Shown here in pieces: positions 40,601 through 51,600 of a stretch of DNA of 64,000 bases. This DNA comes from Mizuhopecten yessoensis (Eukaryota). The position numbers and the translations under genes were made by a program. How positions within the stretch are numbered: the stretch's first letter is position 1; each line of letters begins with the position of its first letter. The stretch spans positions 353,317-417,316 of the forward strand of contig NW_018405338.1 of the NCBI RefSeq assembly GCF_002113885.1, read 5' to 3'. Under the pieces are notes generated by a model, which had not been told where the DNA came from, did no database searches, and saw only the letters and a program-made list of their open reading frames with translations.

Positions 40601-41548
40601 GGGTAATGTTGTGGGTGTTGTTGAAGTGGGTGTTGTTGTAGTTGGTGTTGTTGTTGTAGGTGTCGTTGAAGTGGGTTTTGTTGTTGTGGGTGTTGTTGAA
40701 GTTGGTGTTGTTCGAGTGGGTGTTGTTATTGTTGGTGTTGTTGTGTTGGGTGTTGTTGGAGTGGGTGTTGTTGTAGGTGTCGTTGAAGTGGGTTTTGTTG
40801 TTGTGGGTGTTGTTGTTGTGGGTGTTGTTGAAGCGGATGTTGTTGTGGGTGTTGTTGTTGTAGGTGATGTTGTTGTGGGTGTTGTTGTTTTGGGTGTTGT
40901 TGAAGTGGATGTTGTTGTGGTGGGTTTTGTTGTTGTGGGTGTTGTTATAGTAGGTGTTGGTGTTGAGGGTATTGTTGTTGGGGGTGTATTTGTAGTGGGG
41001 GTTGTTGTTGTTGGTATTGATGTGGGTGTTGGTGTAGTGGATGTTGTTGTAGTGGGTGTTGTTGTTCTGGGTATTGTTGTGGTTGGTGTTGTTGTTGCCG
41101 GTGTTGTGGTAGTGGGTGTTGGTGTCGTAGTGGGTGTTGTTGTAGTGGGGGTTGTTGTTGTTGGTGTTGATGTGGGTGTTGGTGTAGTGGGTGTTGTTGT
41201 TCTGGGTATTGCTGTGGTTGGTGTTGTTGTTGCCGGTGTTGTGGTAGTGGGTGTTGGTGTCGTAGTTGGTGTTGTTGAGGGAGATGTTTTAATGGGTGTT
41301 GTTGTTGAGGGTATTGTTGTAATGGGAGATGTTGTGGTAGGTGTTGTTGTCGTTGTTAAATTTGTTGGTGTTGTTGAAGTTAGTGTCGTTGTTGGTGTAG
41401 TGGTAAGTGGTGCTGTGATGGGTGTTGTTGTTGTTGTGTTTGTTTTTGTTGTCCTGGATAGAATAAGTGGTGTTGTTGAAGCTGTAGTAGTGAAAACGGT
41501 TTTATTTAACTCTATGAAGAAAAAGGTCACCAATAGCAAATGACGCAT
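15187..41548 (-). CDS. Adhesion G protein-coupled receptor paralog B: signal peptide, ~950-aa Thr/Pro mucin stalk, 2 Ig, HRM, GAIN/GPS, 7TM (7tm_2), cytoplasmic tail; about 1840 aa or more
   Basis: Phase-consistent exons: 41548-38608 (mucin); 37655-37425, 36550-36344, 35872-35726 (Ig x2); 33026-32922, 32499-32405 (HRM: C...IIWEETP...CP..GIATRRC...GNW....C); 30993-30781, 30061-29981, 29225-29102, 27810-27715, 26540-26477, 26130-26010 (GAIN); 25368-25322 (CVFW); 24735-24633 (WLSQGC...CQCTHL|TNFAVLISP); 22849-22755 (TM1); 22191-22089 (TM2, NLC); 21450-21300 (TM3, LHYFFL..F.LMLAEG); 20865-20796 (TM4); 19041-18975 (CWL...FVGP); 18467-18382; 17338-17212 (TM6, LLPVLGVTWIFG; GC donor); 16660-16619 (GFFIFLFYC); 16130-16053, 15865-15826, 15275-15187 (tail). 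The stop-containing exon is unresolved; candidates are 14294-14270 plus 14169-14153. Confidence 0.92.
16854..16944. mobile_element. ~90-bp palindromic MITE flanked by TTAA (possibly piggyBac-like); further copies at ~52503-52592 and ~58532-58620
   Basis: TIR taactcattcacccctga / tcaggggtgaatgagttaa around a conserved ttccaacctttgaa core in three copies. Confidence 0.7.
18047..18146 (-). mobile_element. 5'-truncated SINE with a V-domain-like core; the same tail occurs at ~62434-62500
   Basis: Reverse complement reads tttctccgggaactccggctttcctccac...ggcacgtccttaaatgaccatagctgttaataggacgtaaaac. Confidence 0.55.
19562..19750 (+). mobile_element. Degenerate tRNA-derived SINE (V-domain-like family)
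   Basis: B box ggttcgattcc and core ggttttctctggaatctccggtttcttcccac; homologous to 44149-44345. Confidence 0.65.
20010..20650 (+). mobile_element. Degenerate Penelope-like element, RT C-terminal fragment plus 3' region
   Basis: Reads IYPEFKVKDNTDSSISAVFLDL...NFPFLDINIPVSPTYDVYMS*LIRY*RA*SEYHDF...LLTDKITTQGF, the PLE RT thumb pattern (FLD...NFPFL.SNIP.SPAYGVY.SQLIRY.RAC), with several stops. Confidence 0.75.
23278..24282. mobile_element. ~1-kb non-autonomous DNA transposon, Kolobok-like (TTAA TSD, GG...CC ends)
   Basis: TTAA|GGATGTACTCTTCTGAG ... CTCAGAGGTGTACATCC|TTAA. Confidence 0.7.
26968..27322 (+). mobile_element. tRNA-derived SINE family 1 with (TTA)n tail
   Basis: A box TAGTCTAGTGG, B box GGTTCGAGTC, core tgtgtt.tatctttgagcaagatactttactc and a TTA tail; copies at 47006 and 54484. 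Confidence 0.85.
28140..28405 (-). mobile_element. Partial TRIM with a tRNA-like LTR (one LTR, PPT, internal region, PBS)
   Basis: On the minus strand: PBS TGGCGCCCA (~28398-28390), PPT GGAGGAGGGG, then a TGTGAC... LTR containing TGGCTCATTTGGTAGAGCG...GGTCGTGGGTTTG. Homologous to the 49593 element. Confidence 0.6.
28696..29030. mobile_element. MITE family 1 copy
   Basis: TIR ggggttacgctcactttcgctctctgcac... / ...gtgcagagagcgaaagtgagcgtaac. Confidence 0.8.
29578..29822. repeat. 21-bp minisatellite (ttaacatgagcacaaatgatt)
   Basis: About 11 tandem units. Confidence 0.9.
30322..30640. mobile_element. Probable Tc1/mariner-type MITE
   Basis: Imperfect TIRs ctgtatacggctttaatttcgcggggtcaatatttcg / gcgaaattaaacccctgcgaaatataaccgttata. 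Confidence 0.5.
34965..35530. repeat. Degenerate ~21-25-bp minisatellite built on cagtgatattacgtcatta
   Basis: About 16 recognisable units, roughly ten with an intact TTACGTCA. Confidence 0.85.
38680..41400 (-). repeat. Coding VNTR of the mucin exon (15-bp TTTPT-type unit with higher-order duplications)
   Basis: gtgggtgttgttgtt units; the blocks ATTKTSNITTPTPKTPTSTTP and TKTPTITTPTKTTPTTTAP...TSTTRTT recur. Confidence 0.95.
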
Positions 41549-42139
41549 GGTTGCTGTTGTCTTCTGTTGGCGTGCTGAAGATGACCTAAACGAGAGGTTA
41601 CAATATCAATTATTTAAACTAACCCTTTCTTATATAATAGGATGTTTTTGCTGAACTGTAAAGAAGCATGGTAAATGTCCATACCGTCATAATTGGTCAC
41701 CCGCTTAAATAAATAAGAGGGTCAACTTGGTGTCTGTCTGTCCCTCTGCCCGTCCGGTCGTCCCTCTGTTAGATTTTTTTCTCTCTTCATTAAAGCTCAT
41801 TGTATAACGTGTGGATCATACAGAGAGGCTTCACTTGTATCACATTCATCATCCTTGTCCAAACATATACGTCCAGTGGTCAATAACACCCCAAGGTTCT
41901 ACTGTTTTCCCAAAGGTCACACAAAGTGTGTTCCTAATTATTACAATTCCAGGGCAATAAATCATTTTTATGAAACTTTAAAAAATGCATTAAATACTTA
42001 CTGCTAATTATGCCCATTGGCATTGATCAGCTTAAAAGTGTTGTTAGGAATACAAACTAACAAAACGCCTATTCAAAAATGTATGAAATTGATGCGAAAA
42101 GTTTAAACAAATGTCCGTTTTCTTAGAATACATCCGTGG

Positions 42140-42303
42140 NNNNNNNNNNNNNNNNNNNNNNNNNNNNNNNNNNNNNNNNNNNNNNNNNNNNNNNNNNNNN
42201 NNNNNNNNNNNNNNNNNNNNNNNNNNNNNNNNNNNNNNNNNNNNNNNNNNNNNNNNNNNNNNNNNNNNNNNNNNNNNNNNNNNNNNNNNNNNNNNNNNNN
42301 NNN
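42140..42303. other. Assembly gap (N run)
   Basis: Run of Ns. Confidence 1.
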
Positions 42304-42459
42304 CTTTTTGCTATGTTCCTAATTGTATGTGAGAATACGGCTGGTAAAACGAAATCATTGAAAGGGGTGAGAGTGGGCCGTCACACCGATTTAATGAGGT
42401 TAGAAAGCGAGGCAATTTTAAAAATAGTATGATTAAAATAGTCGTAAATATGTTTTTCG

Positions 42460-43220
42460 GTCATAACACCTACCTTTTTAAATGAAATCCTGCTTCTTTT
42501 CCAAATTGCTTCCAACAGGCGCTAATGAATTCCCATTTAGTTTAACAAGGACGTCATTTTACTTTACCAGTCCTCTTCTCTTTAAATCAGTGCAAAATCA
42601 ATAACACTAGCTGTCTGTTGTTCAGATATTGTGGGAAGCAATGTGAACTTAAGATTAGAAATAACCTTGATAACCTTATCGTCGCGGATTCCTAATACCC
42701 GCGGAGTACAAATATTTTATTGATTTTATGTTCAACAGTGTGTCCCGTTCTACCAGAAAAGATAAACAAAGTTGATAAAAACTAGGGGACCCTAAAGTAC
42801 GTAATGTATAGCTTGGAGGAGGTTTTTTTATAGTCATTGTATGTATTGTACGTTATTTTGTCGATAAATGCGGTGGGGGATCAATATATTTTATATCTGT
42901 CAAGCTTGATTTTGGCCACACGGATCAGAGAATATAGTTACACCTAAACGGGTGGGATGTTTTCAGGGTTATATTGGACATTTAGGGGTTTAGATCAACT
43001 TTCGGTAAAAATCCTATCTTGTAGAATACCATCATGGGAGGGGGCATTTACTTAAAAGGGTTATCTGAACCCTTGAACAAATCAGTTTAGGTCCAAGATC
43101 CAAACATAGATAAATTGTAACAAAGTATCATGTCCCTGTGATTTCGGAATTACATGACACATTTCAAAGTTGGCAAGGAGCAAGTGTACATCAAACAGAG
43201 GCATTGTCGGATTTTAGACA
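42460..43220 (-). promoter_or_regulatory. Upstream/leader block of aGPCR-B, a diverged homolog of the 5.7-6.7 kb and 11.7-12.7 kb blocks (donor at 42473-42472)
   Basis: Shared segments ttctctttaaatcag.gcaaaatcaataa, tgttgttcaga...gggaagcaatgtgaa...gattagaaataacct...gataaccttatcgtcg and gttggcaagga.caagtgtac; donor AAAAG|GTAGGT at the homologous position. Confidence 0.6.
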
Positions 43221-44148
43221 TTGACGGCATTTTTCAGGAGGTTTAAAAATTAAATGAGGACAGAAATGTAAACAGAGTATGTTGATCGATGTAATGGAGA
43301 TACGCATGCTCCTGCTGTTTCTCTAGTTGAAGATGCGGTTGCCATGGTTACTACTATTACGGAAGTCTTACGTCAACACAGTGAGATGTGGTCACACGGA
43401 AGTATTATATTACGTCAACACAGAAAGATCATTCATGGTCACACGACAGTTTTAACATAACGTCAACACAATCAAATCAATCATGGTAATTTTGTATCAC
43501 ACGGTAGTTTTTACAGCCCATCAACAATACAATAAGGTTATTCAGGGATTAACGACAGAAACTCGACAGACACAGAATTTTACAAAGTGTAGAAATTATG
43601 CAAGGAAAAAAACCTCCCAACTCCTTCCCCGGCCCCCGATTCCGAGGGGCACTACAGACTTTAATAGTCACTCAATACGATCATGCAGTGGGGTTCGATC
43701 CTCGAACCTCGACATGGTTGTTGAAATACTTTAAAATCCGTGGTTTATAAACTTTGACCATGCCTCGGTGAATAGTGAATACCATCATCTACAACTGTAA
43801 CCCATTATATTTCCTTTCATAGAATAGCAGCCTGAAATATGAAATGTACATTTGTATATGTTACAGCGGGCACTCTCAGCCGATTGTGATCGGCTGAGCA
43901 GTGCGGGCCTTTTATGGAAAAGTACGCCGGGAAATTAGAGTGAGTTGAAATTTCCGTTCTTATGGTCGTACAGGACCGCAAAAATCGGCAACGTGCATTT
44001 CTCCGTGACTGCATCCAATATAATGTGCTCTTTTTGTACAAACAATTAGTTCTGATTTTTTTTTTTTTTATAAATATCTGGTATTTTTTACGCATCTCCG
44101 GCAGAAGATTTGTATGGCCAGTAGCAACCATTAAACTGTATGCAAGTT

Positions 44149-44345
44149 GGGTGGTCGGGTGGCGCAGTGGATAGCGCACTTGCCTTTCACCAAGGCTACC
44201 GGGGTTCGATTTCCCGATCGGACGTGAAAAGGTATTGGGTCACCTGCCTGACCACATTGGTTTTCTCCGTGTACTCCGGTTTCCCCCCACATTATGACCA
44301 CCGCGCGCTAACATCCGGGCCAACAAGAGTGATTTATATAAGTTG
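44149..44345 (+). mobile_element. tRNA-derived SINE family 2 (V-domain-like core)
   Basis: A box TGGCGCAGTGG, B box GGTTCGATTTCC, core ggttttctccgtgtactccggtttccccccac. Confidence 0.8.
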
Positions 44346-44864
44346 AAATAACTTGTTTCATAATTGTTGTAAAATAAAAAAAAAATACATATGCAAGTTG
44401 ATATATTGAAAAATCCTCCCATATATTCTTTATAAATTTGGACATTAGGTAATGTGACTACACGGTGAAGGAGAAGAGGATGTGGAGGAACCAGCTTAGA
44501 TATATGTACGACCCCCTTCATACTGACCCAAACTACAGAGTTGTAAGTAACATCCGACTGATTGAAAAATTAGTGTTCTTTGAAAAATGGAATAGAGTTC
44601 TAGAACTTAAAGACACACAAAAAAACCATGAACATTAAGTGTTTGTTAAGAGTTTTGCATCATTGCAAAAGTAAGAAAAGAAAGAAGAAAGAAAAAAATA
44701 GATATATGTCCAAAATATCTCAATAGGGACAGTACATCAATCTTTGTTATTTAAATATCCATATGCTAGGCGCTTTTAAAACAATGAACAGAAGCAGATC
44801 CATTGCGGAAGGGTAAATGTAAATTTTATTTATTCAAAAACAATAATGAAACAAATTTAAAACT

Positions 44865-45058
44865 TATATTAATCACTAATGTTTGCCCGGCTGTTGGCGC
44901 ACGAGGGGTCTTAATGTGGGACGAAACCGGAGTACCCGGAGAACACCCATGTGGTCAGGCAGGTGACCCCATACCTTTCCACGTCCGATCGGGGAATCGA
45001 ACCCCGGTCGCCTTGATGAAAGGCAAGTGCGCTATACACTCCCCCTACCCCGACCACC
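44865..45058 (-). mobile_element. tRNA-derived SINE family 2, inverted relative to the 44149 copy
   Basis: The reverse complement aligns along the full length of 44149-44345. Confidence 0.8.
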
Positions 45059-45192
45059 AATAGTATTTTCATATTATTTGTGCCCGCGGTTTGGCCACAC
45101 TTATTTCATATTGTGGAGCAGTTTCTTATTACACTACATTTGTATGTCATTTATTTTTCTACTTCCATTTAAAAATGCAGATAAACGGATCT

Positions 45193-45543
45193 GGGTCGTT
45201 TCGCCCTAAATCCCGTTCGCCCAATGTTGTTTCGCCCTAATATAGATATATATTTTAAGTTATAAATAACAGTTGAAATGGTTTTAATATTAAAAAATAT
45301 TTGGTCTTTTTTCACGCTTCACCAACAATTGTGCTGTCGGGAAATTCCATGCTGGTGTACATTGTATGTGCAAATCTTATTATAAATCTGGTTAACTACG
45401 TACGAATGACTAAAAAGGTTAAGGGAGACTTAGGAAAACTTCAGATGAGGCTGTATTAGCTATACACAACTAAACAGGACTAAAAAGTTTCACCCTTAGT
45501 GCGAAACAACCCAGGGCGAACGGGATTTAGGGCGAAACGACCC
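45193..45543. mobile_element. MITE with ~48-bp TIRs, ending ~130 bp upstream of the RPF2 ATG
   Basis: GGGTCGTTTCGCCCTAAATCCCGTTCGCCC... and ...GGGCGAACGGGATTTAGGGCGAAACGACCC form a perfect 30-bp inverted match. Confidence 0.85.
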
Positions 45544-45674
45544 GACACCATCAAAACAGACCCATTAATGCCTTTTGGTTTTGTTCACACGAATTACGCC
45601 CCTTGACGGGAGTTCTTCATTAAAAATTAATAACAACACGTGTTTTTCCTGTAGAATACATTCATAAGTCAATC

Positions 45675-48600
45675 ATGGTATTACAACGTATCGTGTAAGT
45701 ATTTTCAGCTTGCTATTTAATCAAACAAACAACTGTAAAGACAGCCTACTATTGAGAGTTCACTGGATGAGTTTAAATGAAGGAATGTGTTAAAATATTG
45801 CGGTGAAATGTACCGTACTGGGCTGTTTATGTAGCATGGTAATATCGGCCCGTTATCTGTTAAATTACGTGCACTGAATGCTGTTTGGAGTGATATTAAA
45901 GGAAGGAGAAGCGAATTGATTTAAAACAACACTATACAATATTACCAAACAAATCTTCTTCTCTCTCATCGAGTGTAAGTCCGCTAAATCTGACCATAAT
46001 CGCAGGCTCCAACATTCTGATCAGTCGTCTATTTATACAGGTCCAGTACACTCTGCCGATTGAGCTATATAGCTATAAAGACCTATATAGCTATATTCAC
46101 CTATAAATTATAGCTGTATTGAGCTATATTTTCTCAAATTTCAATTTTTATTAGATTAAAGCAAAGTCGCATAAAACAATAAGGTTTATGGAAATCATTA
46201 ATGTTGAGTACAAAAAGCCTACATTTAGATGTTTATTTTCATTTTTCATCAATGTTAAATTTTCGAGTTTTTTACATCATTATTTTAAAAAAAGAATACT
46301 TATATTTAATGTCTTTGTTATCAACCTTATGATACAATCTTCTTTTAAAAGCGACTTTGTTTCGTTTTCCTTAAAAAAGATAATCACATGAAAATAGCTC
46401 AAAATACCTATATCATATAGGTCAATAGAGCTAATATAGGTCTTTACAGCTATATAGCTCAATCGGCAGAGTGTACTGGACCTGTTATCAACAGGCCCGA
46501 GTGATGACTGATATACATGTATGATCTTTTAAAAGCAAAGTTAAAAAGGTCTCAGTTTATCTTCTAAATTCCGTTTATGTTTTGGTTGAGCTCTGTCAGT
46601 GATATTTAGTTGTCAATAGTTTCTGCTTTTCATCAAAAGTAGTGATTCATAATAAAGTTGCTTTTATTTTGGAACATCAGGATTTCAGTAGAGAAAATTC
46701 TGAGATAGTGAGTTGTCAGTTTTTACGCAATTTTGGTCTCTGTGGAGTATAACATATAGATAGTTAGATTTGTCATCAGTTTCTGCGAAGACAGTTACCT
46801 GTCATTTGTTTATTAAACAGACAAATAGAGATGTTATTATTTTCTGTCGATGATGTCTTGTCTTGTTCTGGTGTTTTCCCCTCCTTTCTATTTAGGAGCT
46901 GTCAATGAAGGATAATACAATTTGTTGTCAAATGAATCCATGGATAAGCAAGACAATTGTTTCTGTAAAAGATGGTATATACCAGATATATATACATAGG
47001 ATATAGGAGGCACGGCAGTCTAGTGGTAGGACGCCGGGCTGGTAACCGAAGGGTTGCGAGTTCGACTCTCGTCATGGCACTGTGTTGTATCTTTGAGCAA
47101 GATACTTTACTCCGCTTGTTCCAGTATACTCAGCTGTAAATGAGTATGTGGTTAGGTAGTGCTAGAATTGTAGAATGCTAACTGTTAGCGACGAAATGGC
47201 ATCACCCGCTGTATGCTCCCCAGCGAGTTGAGAAAGATATTGACTGGTTACAAAGGCCCTATAACCACGGATAATAATTTGTGAACCGCTTTGAGATGAC
47301 CTACAAACTACTAGGTTGTGATGAGGCGGTATATAAGAACCTCAAATTATTATTATTATTATTATACATCAAGTCTGTCAGACATGGCCTGATATTTGGC
47401 TCCACAACCATGACTGGTTTGGAACATTGTTTCCACCAATTTAGAGAAATTTGATGCATTAAAACATGACTTTAATAATGGTTTACCTTTATGAAGTCTA
47501 CTGAAAGATTACTAGCATTAGATTAGAAATACAAGCACTGTGACCAGTTGTAAATAATAGATGAATAGAAGGTGGAACATATGTATCGCAGCATATCATC
47601 CTTATGCTGAAGATCCTGAAAATAAAAGGAAATGTAAAATAAATTACAAAATATATCTAAAGAGCTCAGCACCCAGCCAGAAATAGTGATTAAGATGCAT
47701 TTGATATAAGTGATTCCTTCTTTGATTTCACTAGACTAAATTGCTATTTCATTTTGTGTTGTTGTTATTTATTTAAAAGAATTCTGTACTTGCAGGAAAC
47801 CCAAAACCCAAAAGGGTAAGCGGTTCTTAGAGGGGAGAGAACCCAAAGTTATAGAAAGCACGAAGTCAGCCATCTTCGTAAAGGGAGGAAACACTAGTAT
47901 AACTGTCACTGAAGCCTTGAAAGAATTGGTAAGAAAATTTATTTAAATATGCTTTTTTCAGAACTTCAGTAGAAGTTGGGATACATTGTTTATAATACTA
48001 GTACATGTATATGATAGAAAAGAACACGTTTATTTGAGATGTGTTTTGATCCTCACCAATCTAATTAAAATGATATCTTCGCATCAGTCCCTTTTACTGA
48101 TATGTCGCATGGAAGATCTAACAACATGGTTTCGTCAATAACCCCCCCCCCCTGTTAAGTTGCAAGAAAAATAAATGTTTTTTCCTACCTATCTTCACAA
48201 ATGTTTTGAAGCAGAATTTCAGAACATTGTTCGGCTAATAAATTGGTCTAGAAAAAAAAAAAAAAAAAAGCTGATAATTTCATATTTTATTTTCCAGTAC
48301 ATACTGAAGAAACCAAACGCAGTATCCTACAAGAGGTATTTATTTTATAATTCAGTAAATCCTTGACAATCAAGTAGAGCTGTCACAATACACTTTACCC
48401 ACGATTCGATACGTATCTTGATATTTGCACCACGATTTCGATTATTTCGTTTCGATACGCCTTTATTTTAAAATATAAACAAAAGGAGATATTTAGCCGT
48501 TGATACACTGAAACCCGAAGTGTTTCCACACTTTTGATTTGAAGTTTGCCGGAGCATCACAAATTTTCATTTCCTTACCGTGGTCTGCCATTTTGTTGTA

Positions 48601-51600
48601 TGAATGTTTTGTGAAAATTGCATCCTCGCAGCCGTTTGGCTGAAGGTTTAGAGATCAGCCAATGCAATTGAACGTCTCACAGACGTTTCGGCTGAAGCAA
48701 CATATACTAATATTCAGATTGGTACGTATAGAAAATCCGGAAAATATATCATGAATCGAATCGAAATATAAATAATCGCAGTACAAGTGCATCATGGTGA
48801 ATCATGACGCCTCTACAATCCAGCCTCCCTAATGAAACTTGCACAAATATCTAATATTCCTGCTAACTGAACCTTTTCAGTGACTGATAATCCAGCCTCC
48901 TGTTGATAATTTTACTCTTATTCTACAACTTTTATCCCTCTTGAAGTTGACACGCTAACCATTTGTCCATTTTGTGTTGTGTCATCCCGTGTAATGTTCT
49001 TGTGCTGGTTGGCCTTTAAGACTTCACATTTTGATACCAAATTGATAATCTTGACTCTGACAGAACTTTTATCCATATCTAATAATTGTACCATAATCAA
49101 ACTAATTAATACCTTTTGTGCCTAATTTCTTGTACTCTCTTCTGTCATAGGAAAAACATTTTGAGGCCTTTTGAAGATGAAACACCACTTGTAAGTACAG
49201 CTATCGTAATAACCAGCGACAAATGAAAATCAAAACCATTTAAGTAGACCTTTACTGGTCAGCCTTTCATTCCCAAATATGTGAATTTTGTTTTGTCATG
49301 AATGTATATATTACACTACACACACTGCTAACTTTTGGCAAGATATTGCAACTGAAATATAAAATACTTAGGCCAGCTATTCCAGAAGTAAAAATACCTG
49401 TATGTGTAGAAAATGGGGAGGAGGGAGGCATTTTTCATATTTCCCCACATGATAATCTGAGGGAAACAGAGAATTTTGTTTCCCTACCATAGTAGCAATA
49501 ACAGTTATTACACTGGAATAAAACGATAACAAAATGGTGAAGATGATCAGGCTTATGAACTCAGAATTCAGGTGTGGTTTCTCATGCTCAATTGTAACAG
49601 AGGTCCTTATTATTTCCATGTCTCCGCTAGGAATCAAACTCCTGACCTCTGGTTTACTAGTCTTCTACCAAATGAACTAAAGAGAAATTCTCCCTAGCTG
49701 AGTCAGTAGGAAGCAGCTAATAATTTACCAGGGTGACATTTTCCCCCTCCGGGAAAGAACTCGTCCTGAGTTTTCTTGGAGTTATAGCGTTCTTGTGAAA
49801 GCATCACAGAGAAGTATTCTTGCAAAAAAATCACTGGTATCTACGCAAAATATTCCCTGGTATCTACGTAAAATATTCCCTGGTATCTACGTAAAATATT
49901 CCCTGGTATCTAAGTAAAATATTCCCTGGTATCTACGCAAAATATTCCCTGGTATCTACGTAGACGTCAGTGTAACAGAGATCATTATTTTGCAATGGGA
50001 GTCGAACCTGGGACCTCTGGTTTAGTAGTCTTACGTTCTAGAAAATGAACTATAGAGACATTTTTCCAAGATGAGCCTGTAGGAATTCTAGAAAGATTTT
50101 TCGGAATAGGGATATATATACATGACCATGAGAGAAACACAATGTTTTACTTGCTCATCATGTGTTCAGTATAATCCAATCAGACACACTATTATATATA
50201 GATGAAGCATAATTTATTGTAAGTGCCTCCCTCCCTTGTCCATAAATGGCCCAAAATATTATGTACAGGTTTCACCATTCTAAGCCCAGTCTTTGTTTAC
50301 TGGAGAATTTCACAATGTGAATTAACATCATGCGACACAATGTTAAATTGTAGCAATTTACTATTGTATTAAGTGAGTGTGAGAAAAACAGAATATTCAA
50401 CACTATACCATGATGATTGATCATGATTTAAGTATACTTTCGTCAGTTTATTCTCTAGTGTATTTTGTACCCACTAAATTATTGTAGGTGTAGATCTCAC
50501 TGGATCTGTAGAAGACGATTAGAAGTACCGTAAATTTGCGCGTATAGTGAACACTTTTTTGGCCAAATATTGTAAGAAGAAGGAAACACTTAAACATGAT
50601 CAGGAATCAGGACAGATCTTTATAAGTCCTTAACAATCGTTCTTATGATTAAGGAAAAATGTAAGAATTACAATTTGCTTGTAGGGTTTTACACAGTTAC
50701 CGGTACATTCTTTTTCAGGAATTTTTTGCAAAGAAGAGTGATGCAGCATTATTTGCCTTTGGTTGTCACTCCAAGAAGCGACCAGATAATTTAATTTTAG
50801 GTATGTTTGATCGAATTCTCCTTCTTATACATTTTTAAGCTGAAATTTTAATAAACGTGCGATGTCATTTTAACCTTCTTTTGCATATTTGTGGAATAAT
50901 CACAATGATAACATCCATATGAATAAAAAAAATAAAAAATAGAAGAGGTTTTTTGTATCAAAAAATCTATTCAAGTCTCACGAAAATATGAGATTTAAGC
51001 ATTTGTTGAACATTGATACACACAAAGCTTTGAATCAGACTCTTCAAATGTTTCTATCACACATTCACTGAACATCCGCTAGCGGACGCTGGATCTCATT
51101 TTCCCTTGTATAGATTTTTTGTTTTGTTTTACAGGACGAATGTTTGATTTCCATGTACTGGATATGTTTGAGCTGGGAATAGAGAAATTCAAGTCAATGT
51201 ATGCAATGCAGGTGAGACAAATATTGCGTAACTAATAACAGCAATGGCCTAATTAATTAGATGGGGGACTTAAAAGTCCTGAAAATCTCCCCCACCCACC
51301 CACTCACTAGGATGAAATGTTTATATGTATACCCCCATAACAAAGTTAGGGGGTATACTGGAATCAGATTGTCTTTCCGTCCGTTTGTCTGTCCGTAGAA
51401 AATATTTGTCTGGACAACTCCTTCTAAGGTAAGGGACTGATGGGGAGGGAGTACAGGAAATCATGTTATCCAGTAAAGAACTTGTCCCAAGTTTTCTAGG
51501 GGTTATAGCATTCTTGTGAAAGCATCGCAGAGAAGTATTCTTGCAAATATTCCCTGGTATCTACATAGAATATTCCCTGGTATCTACGTAGAATATTCCC

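Noticed and set aside
38613-41543. 976-aa Val/Gly-rich ORF on the plus strand
   Set aside because: Antisense shadow of the Thr/Pro mucin exon; ACN and CCN codons rarely give stops on the opposite strand. The minus frame has the signal peptide, the splice sites and a paralog.
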